Assembly (NCBI GenBank): GCA_023436525.1
Contig: JAEZIW010000088.1
Coordinates: forward strand, 1-49,560
DNA: 49,560 nt
Origin: Bacillota bacterium
GTDB lineage: Bacteria; Bacillota; Clostridia; Christensenellales; SZUA-584
Reading direction: 5' to 3'
Shown here: positions 1 to 7,460 of the stretch, piece after piece
Numbering within the stretch: the first letter of the stretch is position 1
Layout: each line of letters starts with the position of its first letter
The notes under the pieces: generated by a model
Seen by the model: the letters and a program-made list of their open reading frames with translations, nothing else
Databases searched by the model: none
Told to the model about the DNA's origin: nothing
Position numbers and translations under genes: made by a program

Positions 1-9
1 AAATAAGAA

Positions 10-140
10 ACCCTTATCAAGAGTGGTGGAGGGACGGGCCCTGTGAAACCCGGCAACCGGACGAATGTCAAGGTGCCAATTCCCGACAGATGAGGTGAAG
101 AAAATGTATTTTTCGAGCCTCGCTTACGCGGGGTTTTTTA
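10..140 (+). promoter_or_regulatory. SAM-I (S-box) riboswitch with intrinsic terminator, upstream of metK
   Basis: S-box core strings cttatcaagagtggtggagggacgggccc...cccggcaacc...ggtgccaattcc. P1 closes with gatgagg. Terminator hairpin cctcgc-ttac-gcgggg plus tttttta lies at about 113-140. Confidence 0.85.
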
Positions 141-167
141 TTTAAAGACATCTAAGGAGTGAGAAAT

Positions 168-1301
168 ATGAGAAGACTGTTTACTTCAGAATCGGTGACA
201 GAGGGTCACCCGGACAAACTGTGCGATCAGATCAGCGACAGCGTGCTCGACGCGATACTGGCCGAGGACAAAAACGCGCATGTGGCGTGCGAAACAGCCG
301 TTAATACGGGTCTCGTACTGGTTATGGGCGAAATATCGACAAACTGCTATGTTGATATTCCCAAAATCGTACGGGGTACCATCCTTGATATCGGGTTCAC
401 ACGCGCCAAATATGGCTTTGACGGCAACACCTGCGGCGTGATTTTAAGCATCGACGAACAATCGGGCGATATCGCGATGGGTGTCAACCGGGCCGATCAG
501 GGCGCGGGGGATCAGGGCATGATGTTCGGGTTTGCCTGCAGCGAAACACCGGAGCTGATGCCGCTGCCGATCACGCTTTCACACAGGCTGGCTCAACGGC
601 TGGCTGAGGTGCGTAAGGATGGCACGCTCGCCTACCTTCGCCCGGACGGCAAAACACAGGTGACAGTGGAATACGAAGGAAACACCCCCGTGCGCATTGA
701 TGCCATTGTGGTATCCACGCAGCACGCGGACGATGTGACTCAGGAACAGATCAGAGCAGACGTTATTGAGCAGGTGGTGAGGCCGGTAATTCCGGCGGAG
801 CTGCTCGATGCCGATACGAAGTATTTCGTGAACCCGACAGGCCGTTTCGTCATCGGCGGGCCCGCGGGCGATTCGGGGCTGACCGGGCGCAAGATTATTG
901 TGGATACCTACGGCGGCTATGCGCGCCACGGCGGCGGCGCGTTTTCGGGCAAAGACCCAAGCAAGGTGGACAGAAGCGCGGCTTATGCCACGCGCCACAT
1001 TGCCAAGAACATTGTGGCGGCGGGGCTGGCGGAGCGCTGCGAAATTGAAGTGGCGTATGCGATTGGTGTGGCAGAGCCTGTTTCGATTTATGTGGATACG
1101 TTCGGCACCGGCAAAATGGACGACGACAAGCTCGCGGGATTCGTGCACAACACAGTGGATTTACGGCCTGCGGCGATTATTGAGCGGCTGGGGCTGCGCG
1201 CGCCGATTTACCGGCAGACGGCTTCTTACGGCCACTTCGGGCGACCAGATTTGGATCTGCCGTGGGAGCGGCTCGATTTGGTGGACAAACTCAGCAAATA
1301 A
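168..1301 (+). CDS. metK: S-adenosylmethionine synthetase
   Basis: Translation has MetK hallmarks ([51 protein letters not shown]). ATG at 168 sits 8 nt after aaggag, so it is preferred over the GTG at 159. Confidence 0.97.
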   Translation: MRRLFTSESVTEGHPDKLCDQISDSVLDAILAEDKNAHVACETAVNTGLVLVMGEISTNCYVDIPKIVRGTILDIGFTRAKYGFDGNTCGVILSIDEQSGDIAMGVNRADQGAGDQGMMFGFACSETPELMPLPITLSHRLAQRLAEVRKDGTLAYLRPDGKTQVTVEYEGNTPVRIDAIVVSTQHADDVTQEQIRADVIEQVVRPVIPAELLDADTKYFVNPTGRFVIGGPAGDSGLTGRKIIVDTYGGYARHGGGAFSGKDPSKVDRSAAYATRHIAKNIVAAGLAERCEIEVAYAIGVAEPVSIYVDTFGTGKMDDDKLAGFVHNTVDLRPAAIIERLGLRAPIYRQTASYGHFGRPDLDLPWERLDLVDKLSK

Positions 1302-1319
1302 ACGTAAAGATAAATATCA

Positions 1320-1357
1320 AGCCGGGGTATCGAAAAGAGGTGTCCCGGCTATTTTAT
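1320..1357 (+). terminator. Intrinsic terminator of metK
   Basis: Hairpin gccggg/cccggc followed by tatttta. Confidence 0.7.
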
Positions 1358-1489
1358 TGCGATGAAATAAGATGAGGAAGGCAGGACGCTTTAAGCAGGA
1401 GATTATATGGATAATTTGCGGGTCATTCTATGTCTTGGCCTTATATTATGCTATTACTGGAGTTAGGATATAATAATAAAACAATTTTC

Positions 1490-1792
1490 TTAGAAATTAA
1501 ACCACTCATATTGTCTATACTTTTTTGGAATATTCCTCTTAGATTGAACCCAGTCAAGCTTCTCAATTAGAACGGATTTTTCGTTAGGGAATAACCATGT
1601 ATTAAGATATTCAATAAAGTCAGTTTCATTATAGCAAACGCCGCCACTTATACGATATTTCTCTGCATACGGACTGTCATGAAGCCATTTATCGCAAAAT
1701 TCTATACAATAGCTTCTCAAATTGTCTGCAACGACGTCAGGAACAGAGTAGACGGATGGACTATTATCCGCGCTAATAAGAACATATTTCAT
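1490..1792 (-). CDS. Hypothetical small cytoplasmic protein (100 aa), family not recognised
   Basis: ORF has ggagg 6 nt upstream of the ATG. It lies in a low-GC stretch. I recognise no motif. Confidence 0.55.
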   Translation of the reverse strand: MKYVLISADNSPSVYSVPDVVADNLRSYCIEFCDKWLHDSPYAEKYRISGGVCYNETDFIEYLNTWLFPNEKSVLIEKLDWVQSKRNIPKKYRQYEWFNF

Positions 1793-1904
1793 ACTTAACC
1801 TCCATAAATTATTTAGATCAAAGTGAATATAATTGCTATAACATATCCCCTCATCCTAATTCTACATATTTCTCCACATACCTTTTTTAGACTGTTTTCT
1901 TACA

Positions 1905-1931
1905 CAAAAAAGCGGCCATATCGTGCCGCTT
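1905..1931 (-). terminator. Intrinsic terminator downstream of the GNAT gene
   Basis: Minus strand reads agcggc-acgatatg-gccgct followed by tttttt. Confidence 0.7.
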
Positions 1932-2001
1932 CTTCCTGTTCCCAGATAAAAAACTCGTCATAAACCACGGCTGCTACGGCGGGTAACGCTTAGTATGATA
2001 C

Positions 2002-2646
2002 TTACTGTATAACAGAATGGCTGTGAATGTAAAATTCTTCCTGACTCGGCTGGTATTTTTTCTCCATGTATTTCAAGCCTTCGTCAAAACGCTCAGCTTC
2101 TTTTTCGTCTATCTCATATACAGAACTTTGATGATAAGTCCATCGTCTGCCATCCAAAACGCCCGGCTTGAGTTCTTTTACCAACATGGCCGACGGAAAT
2201 ATCCCATTCTCCACACAGACATTATACTTTTTACAGCTCTTAAAGCCGCGGCTTACATAATTTCCCGGATTTCCATAGATAACAATCACATCATAACCAA
2301 GAGCAGCCGCCTTTTCAAACGAATACGCGATGAGTTTTTTCCCATACCCCTTTCTCTGATATTCCGGCAATATGCAAACCGGCCCGAACGTCAAAATGTC
2401 TTTTACTTCCCAGGCTTCATCAATGAGTTTTGCTTTGGTATACATGATATTCCCGATAATCTGATCATTAACTTCAATCACCAGATCAAGCTCCGGCAAA
2501 AAATCTGCGTGAGATCGCATCACATGAACCAAATAGTGTTCGTTGCACCCCGGAATATATAAATTCCAAAAGCATTCTCTTGTGATTTCTTCAACCCTCT
2601 GATAATCTCTTTGTTCTTCACGCCTAATCTTCATCTCATTATTCAT
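2002..2646 (-). CDS. GNAT family N-acetyltransferase
   Basis: Acetyl-CoA binding signature region ILPEYQRKGYGKKLIAYSFEKAAALGYD, with typical GNAT length and layout. Confidence 0.88.
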   Translation of the reverse strand: MNNEMKIRREEQRDYQRVEEITRECFWNLYIPGCNEHYLVHVMRSHADFLPELDLVIEVNDQIIGNIMYTKAKLIDEAWEVKDILTFGPVCILPEYQRKGYGKKLIAYSFEKAAALGYDVIVIYGNPGNYVSRGFKSCKKYNVCVENGIFPSAMLVKELKPGVLDGRRWTYHQSSVYEIDEKEAERFDEGLKYMEKKYQPSQEEFYIHSHSVIQ

Positions 2647-2716
2647 TAAGAAACCTCCGACGTTTATCTAAGATTATTTTTGTGCGTTCTTATTTGGGTG
2701 TCTTCTCTTTGATTGT

Positions 2717-3277
2717 TTACATAGGTTTTAGGTTCTGGTTTAAACGCAATACAATACTTTCAAGGCGTTTTCGTTTTGTTTCTTCCGATTTTGCGTCAAG
2801 ATATAACCTTGCATAGGTTTTTTTGACCGATGGCGACATCGCCATAAAATTTGAAAAGGCAGGTTCATAATCTCTGAGCGCGTCAGTGAGTCTGTCGATT
2901 TCCGCGTCAGATATTTTTGCGGGGGACGGTGCGTCCCACATACCGTTTCTTTTGGCCTCTTCTATTTTAGCGTAACCGAGCTGCGTCATCAGGCCTTGGT
3001 TGATAAGGTCATTCACAATCGTCTTATTCTTTTCAGACCATTTGCTTTTTTTGCGTCGCATAGAGAAATATTTGATATATGTTTTTTCGTCAATACTTTG
3101 CATCTGGCCATCAATCCACCCAAAACACAAAGCTTCTTCCAGCGCTTCATTGGCTTTTATGGTTTTTGGCCCTCCGGCTTTACCGAAAACAAGCCAAACG
3201 CCTTTGCTTGTGAGGCCATTTGCCTGCAGCCATTGTCTGAAGACTGCCCTTGATTCAAATTGCATCCGCTCTGACAT
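2717..3277 (-). CDS. YdeI/OmpD-associated family protein
   Basis: Family-like strings GVWLVFGK...ALCFGWIDGQ and C-terminal SPSVKKTYARLYLDAKSEETKRKRLESIV. Start moved to MSERMQ (ATG at 3277), which is preceded by aaggagag. The longer ORF runs to 3322. Confidence 0.8.
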   Translation of the reverse strand: MSERMQFESRAVFRQWLQANGLTSKGVWLVFGKAGGPKTIKANEALEEALCFGWIDGQMQSIDEKTYIKYFSMRRKKSKWSEKNKTIVNDLINQGLMTQLGYAKIEEAKRNGMWDAPSPAKISDAEIDRLTDALRDYEPAFSNFMAMSPSVKKTYARLYLDAKSEETKRKRLESIVLRLNQNLKPM

Positions 3278-3387
3278 AGCTGAAAATCTCTCCTTATATG
3301 TATGAAACCCCGCCGAGTTCAATAATATATCCTCTCAACCTTATTCTACATATGTCTCTTCATTCCTTTTTGGGCTGCTTGTCTCTA

Positions 3388-3415
3388 CAAAAAAAGCGGC
3401 CTCATCGGGCCGCTT
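3388..3415 (-). terminator. Intrinsic terminator downstream of the flavodoxin gene
   Basis: Minus strand reads agcggcc-cgatga-ggccgct followed by ttttttt. Confidence 0.7.
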
Positions 3416-3466
3416 GTGTTGTCTTTTATTATGGCCGACAGCCATAATCGCGGGTCAACGCAACGG

Positions 3467-3949
3467 TTATCTCATCGCTTCAGCCAGTCTCTTTATGTTT
3501 TGGGGCCTCGGCTCGGGGCTGCTTTTTCCTTCCTTTCTTGTTGCTGCTTCCATCATTTTCGTAATCAGTTTATGCCCGACGCTCATTTTGGATTTGTTCA
3601 GCACACCTCCGAAGTATTCCCGGGAAACAGCCGCATCCAAAAGCTCTTTGGGATAATTTGCGGCGAAATTTAAATCGGCGTTTTCGGGAAGCCCGGCGCA
3701 AATAAACAAACCGAGCTTTTTTGATGTGAGCTGAGCTTTATGACCTTCCATGTATTCCTTCAGCTTCTTTTGCAGTTGCCCCATATATATGGAGCCTCCG
3801 ATTATGACGGCATCGTAGCCATCCAAAGACGGCGGAGCGCTTTTCTCAGCGTTTATCACATCGGCTTTTTCCCCAAACTCCAGTACCAGTTTATTTGCGC
3901 ACTCTTCGGCAAATCCGTATTTGCTTGCGTAAAGTATCAATGTTTTCAT
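3467..3949 (-). CDS. Flavodoxin-domain protein
   Basis: N-terminus MKTLILYASKYGFAEECA and DAVIIGGSIYMG are typical of short flavodoxin-like proteins. Confidence 0.82.
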   Translation of the reverse strand: MKTLILYASKYGFAEECANKLVLEFGEKADVINAEKSAPPSLDGYDAVIIGGSIYMGQLQKKLKEYMEGHKAQLTSKKLGLFICAGLPENADLNFAANYPKELLDAAVSREYFGGVLNKSKMSVGHKLITKMMEAATRKEGKSSPEPRPQNIKRLAEAMR

Positions 3950-4007
3950 AACATTTTCCCTTCTTTTTTAAAAATATTATTGGCCGTTTTGGTTACGGCT
4001 CTTACGC

Positions 4008-4511
4008 TCAATTCCTTTTCTTGGAGTCCATCTCGTCCATGTTTTCCATCAATCCGTTAAGACAGCCGCGCAGCACAGCAAGGTCGTCGGTGCGAAAGCC
4101 TTTATACAGATCCTCCATAAATTTTCTGCTTTGCTCCTGCATGCCCCCCCAAAATTCATCGCTCTTTTGAGTAAGCCTCAACCGCAAAGCCCTTCCGTCT
4201 TCCGGATCGTCAATAAATTCCACAAACCCTTTTTCCGCCAGCTTCAACGCCACTTGCTTAACGTTTTGGTGCGAACTGCCCATAGCGGCAGCTGCCTCGC
4301 TCAGCGTTGGCGGTTCTTCGAAAACGCCGCCTATGATGATGGACAAAAACCATTGCTTTACCGTGAGTCCGGAATTCTTAAATTCCCTGTCAAGCAGAGT
4401 CTGCAGTTTGTTTGCTATCACAAACAACGAGCCCAGTATGAATTCATGATCTTGGGTCGCTTCAAGCTTATTGCGGCCCGGCTGTACCTTTTGTTTCATC
4501 GTCTCACGCAT
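4008..4511 (-). CDS. MarR family transcriptional regulator
   Basis: Winged-helix region LTVKQWFLSIIIG...LSEAAAAMGSSHQNVKQVALKLAEKGFVEFIDDPEDGRALRLRLT. Confidence 0.9.
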   Translation of the reverse strand: MRETMKQKVQPGRNKLEATQDHEFILGSLFVIANKLQTLLDREFKNSGLTVKQWFLSIIIGGVFEEPPTLSEAAAAMGSSHQNVKQVALKLAEKGFVEFIDDPEDGRALRLRLTQKSDEFWGGMQEQSRKFMEDLYKGFRTDDLAVLRGCLNGLMENMDEMDSKKRN

Positions 4512-4529
4512 ACTCTCTCTATCATTTAT

Positions 4530-4581
4530 GGTAACATATTACCTATATAGGTAACATATCACCCATATTCATCTCTGTCAA
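4530..4581 (-). promoter_or_regulatory. Predicted sigma-A promoter and tandem MarR-type operator
   Basis: Minus strand has TTGACA (4576-4581), a 17-nt spacer and TATGTT (4553-4558). ggtaacatat occurs at 4530-4539 and 4550-4559, exactly 20 bp apart. The first copy is part of the palindrome ggtaa-cata-ttacc. Confidence 0.45.
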
Positions 4582-4599
4582 CATTTTTTCCCAAGCCGG

Positions 4600-4635
4600 C
4601 AAAAAAAGCAGCGACCCATCTCTGATTCGCTGCTG
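4600..4635 (-). terminator. Intrinsic terminator downstream of the nitroreductase gene
   Basis: 8-bp stem agcagcga/tcgctgct followed by ttttttt on the minus strand. Confidence 0.7.
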
Positions 4636-4696
4636 TCGTCTTATCTTAATAACATTGTGGCGTAATCAAGGGTTAACCTAATCACAGAGCCAGGTT

Positions 4697-5215
4697 CTAA
4701 AACTGATTGTACCAAACGGTTTGCTCCAGCGAATAGCGCTTGGTATGATTCGCGCTCGGTTTCGCGTCATCCGCCGGGTAGCCCGTGGGCAAAATGGCCA
4801 CCGGTATAAAATTCTGAGGTATATCAAAAATCTTCCTCGTCTTATCGGGGTCGAAATACCCTACCCACGTGGTACCAAGCCCCAAATCCGCCGCCGCCAG
4901 CATCATCTGCGTGGTGACTATGCTCGCGTCCGTGTTACCGCTGTCGTCACCGTCAAACGGACGCTTCCACGAGACCGTTTTGTCGTAACAGATCAAAAAA
5001 GCCAGCGGCGCATGAAAGTGATAGTTTGTACATTCTTTAAGCTTTGAAAGCGCTTCGTCACTTTGTATCACGAGTATTCTTTGCGGCTGGTTGTTGCACG
5101 CGGTGGGCGACACCTGTGCTGCTTTCAATATCAGATCGATTTTCTGCTGTTCCACAGGCTCGTCGCTGAACTTTCTGACCGAATAGCGCCGTACCGCCAA
5201 ATCATCGAATGCCAT
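4697..5215 (-). CDS. Nitroreductase family protein
   Basis: RRYSVRKFSDEPV...AAQVSPTACNNQPQRILV and TTWVGYFDP are typical of NAD(P)H-flavin nitroreductases. Confidence 0.9.
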   Translation of the reverse strand: MAFDDLAVRRYSVRKFSDEPVEQQKIDLILKAAQVSPTACNNQPQRILVIQSDEALSKLKECTNYHFHAPLAFLICYDKTVSWKRPFDGDDSGNTDASIVTTQMMLAAADLGLGTTWVGYFDPDKTRKIFDIPQNFIPVAILPTGYPADDAKPSANHTKRYSLEQTVWYNQF

Positions 5216-5334
5216 ATTGTTTTACCTCCAAAAAACTGATATGAGATAAATATATACAAAAGCAGCCAAAACACAAGTACGCACTTTTTTGTATATAAGA
5301 GGCAAATCGGATAGAGCGTATAACATAAGAGATA

Positions 5335-5685
5335 TTATTCTTCTGCCGTTTTGCCGCAAGCGCTGTCGATTAAGCCTTGGCCCCACTCGTTCATTTTATA
5401 CAAAATGGGCAAGAGAGATTTGCCGAAATCCGTTAAAGAGTATTCCACTCTCGGCGGAACCTCTGCGTAAACCGTGCGTATCACAAGCCCTTTTTCTTCC
5501 ATGCTCTTCAGCTGCTGAAACAACATCTTCGGTGTGATTTCCGGGAAAATTTTTTGCAATTCGCTATTCCGCAAAACGCCATCGTTCAAATGCCATAACA
5601 ACAGCACCTTCCATTTACCGCCTATGATATCGATTGTCATCTCCAGCGGACAATGATACTTCTTACTTTTATACTCAATCATCAT
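5335..5685 (-). CDS. HxlR family transcriptional regulator
   Basis: CPLEMTIDIIGGKWKVLLLWHL...PKMLFQQLKSMEEKGLV...PPRVEYSLT is the HxlR winged-helix signature. Confidence 0.9.
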   Translation of the reverse strand: MMIEYKSKKYHCPLEMTIDIIGGKWKVLLLWHLNDGVLRNSELQKIFPEITPKMLFQQLKSMEEKGLVIRTVYAEVPPRVEYSLTDFGKSLLPILYKMNEWGQGLIDSACGKTAEE

Positions 5686-5790
5686 CCCGACTCTTTCAAG
5701 ATTTCTTTTATTTTATGTTATCATTTTTAATACACAATGCAAGTTATTAATAAATTCATATCTTATCAACAGAAGCTGCAAGTATGGGTA

Positions 5791-5821
5791 TAAAAAGAGC
5801 GGCATGTGATCACGCCGCTCT
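5791..5821 (-). terminator. Intrinsic terminator downstream of the MFS transporter gene
   Basis: Stem gagcggc/gccgctc with a T-run on the minus strand. Confidence 0.65.
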
Positions 5822-5850
5822 TTGTTATCGCTTTGTTACTTTTCTCCGTT

Positions 5851-7062
5851 TTACTCTTTAACGGGCTTTTTCTTCAGCATCAGCATCAGCACAATGCCCA
5901 CAACCGCACAACCCGCCGCAATGAAAAACGCGGGAGACATCAAAGAGATATTCTCAGCGGCGATATTTTTGTAGTATCCGGCGATGTACGAGGAGGCCAC
6001 GGCACCCACGCCAAAACCGAGCAACACCATGCCGTAGTTGGTCGCCATGTGTTTCGGCCCGAAAAGGTCGGCCGTTAAAGACGGGAAGTTGCTTAAGAAA
6101 CCGCCATAGAAGAACCCGATTAAGCCGATGAGCGCATAGATGAAATAGCCGCTCACAACGCTGACCAGCATCGACAGAACAGCGGAGCCCGCCAGCAAAA
6201 TGATGATGGTTTTCTTTCTGCCCATTTTATCCGAAATGGCACCCCACGTCAGGCGTCCGAGCGAGTTGCACATCGATATCACAAGGACGCCGATGGTGGC
6301 GGTTTCGCCAAGGCCTTTGGCCACGGCAATGGGCTTTGCAAAGCCAATCATCATGAGCCCGCCCATGCAGGCCAGCATCAGTGACAAGGTGATGAGATAA
6401 AATCGCGGATCTCTCAGAACCTGACCCGGGGTAAGGCTGCTGTCGGCTATTGCGGCCTGAGCGGTTTGAGCCTGTGTTTCAGGCGGATTTTTAAGAAAGA
6501 GTGCACCCACCGTACACACCACAAGAAAGATACCGGCAAGAACGATAAACGTGTTTGGTTCGCCCACTTCCGGGCCGCCGAACGCTTTGATCAGCTGTTC
6601 GATGATGGGCGTGAATACCACACCGCCAAACCCCAAGGCAGCAACAATCAAACCTGTCACAAAGCCTTTTTTCTCGGGAAACCATTTTTGGGCGCATGCA
6701 ATGGTTGTTGAATAGGTAAAGCCCATGCCGGTGCCGCCCATCACACCGTAGCCCACCCACAGCAGCCACGGGATGCTGGCGTTCGCAAACGACGCGAGCA
6801 AGAACCCGGCGCTTAAGATAAAGCCGCCAATCATCACAATGGTTCTGGTGGAAAACTTGGAAGCCAGCTTTCCGCCGATTACGCTGCCCACTGTAAGCGT
6901 GGCGAGCAGCAAAGAAAATGTGAGACTTGCCGCGGCGTTGTCTCCGTTAAAGATGCTGTTTGCAATACCTGTTTGGAAAACACTCCAAATGTAAGCAATA
7001 CCAAGGCAAAGCTGTATCGCTATTGATGCGGCGATAGGGCCTGTTCTTTTTGTCGGTTTCAT
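5851..7062 (-). CDS. MFS transporter, oxalate/formate antiporter (OFA)-like
   Basis: 403 aa, about 12 predicted TM helices, OFA-like N-terminus and a loop with LSDKMGRKKT. Strong RBS aaggagg precedes the ATG. Confidence 0.88.
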   Translation of the reverse strand: MKPTKRTGPIAASIAIQLCLGIAYIWSVFQTGIANSIFNGDNAAASLTFSLLLATLTVGSVIGGKLASKFSTRTIVMIGGFILSAGFLLASFANASIPWLLWVGYGVMGGTGMGFTYSTTIACAQKWFPEKKGFVTGLIVAALGFGGVVFTPIIEQLIKAFGGPEVGEPNTFIVLAGIFLVVCTVGALFLKNPPETQAQTAQAAIADSSLTPGQVLRDPRFYLITLSLMLACMGGLMMIGFAKPIAVAKGLGETATIGVLVISMCNSLGRLTWGAISDKMGRKKTIIILLAGSAVLSMLVSVVSGYFIYALIGLIGFFYGGFLSNFPSLTADLFGPKHMATNYGMVLLGFGVGAVASSYIAGYYKNIAAENISLMSPAFFIAAGCAVVGIVLMLMLKKKPVKE

Positions 7063-7316
7063 AAATCCTCCTTAGTTATAAATAAAGCCCTTACTGCTTG
7101 CAGTAAGGGCTTTTATCCGATTCGGACATTGCCTGCACATTGTGCCTTCCTACCGCAATACCTGACGCAACCCAATAATCAGCGCGAATAGCTTGCTAAT
7201 TCGGCTGATAAGATCGTCAAATATTGTCGGTATAAGTTTCAGCATGTATAAAGGCTCCAGTAAAGAAAAACATATAAATTTGAGTCATTATCCCACACAC
7301 GTTATTAGCTTGTCAA
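7063..7316 (-). promoter_or_regulatory. Promoter plus ~210-nt structured leader with intrinsic terminator (candidate attenuator or riboswitch, class unknown)
   Basis: Minus strand has TTGACA (7311-7316), an 18-nt spacer and TGgGATAAT (hexamer 7287-7292). There is an 11-bp bulged hairpin atcagccgaat...attcgcgctgat. A 13-bp terminator stem aaagcccttactg/cagtaagggcttt (7084-7113) plus a T-rich tail lies just before the RBS. Confidence 0.4.
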
Positions 7317-7421
7317 ACAGTTTATTTCCCGGCTGCCGTGTTTTGAGCAAATGTTCATTCTGCGCTGCAAAACAGAATACGGGTTCGTGCGCTAAAAAGA
7401 CATACACGGGCCCGCATAGTG

Positions 7422-7430
7422 TGTTATAAT
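7422..7430 (+). promoter_or_regulatory. Extended -10 promoter element upstream of recD2
   Basis: TGtTATAAT lies 31 nt before the recD2 ATG. There is no good -35. Confidence 0.35.
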
Positions 7431-7460
7431 GGCAAAAACCGACTGTATGTTTGAGGGTTT

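Noticed and set aside
579-1148. Long antisense or alternative-frame ORFs inside clear genes, for example 579-1148(-), 7707-8378(-), 23037-23645(-), 44517-45182(-), 46039-46620(-) and 47356-47982(-).
   Set aside because: They lie entirely within strongly supported GC-rich genes (metK, recD2, ispDF, V-ATPase A/B/D). Their translations are Arg/Ala/Pro-rich low-complexity sequence typical of shadow ORFs, and they have no RBS.
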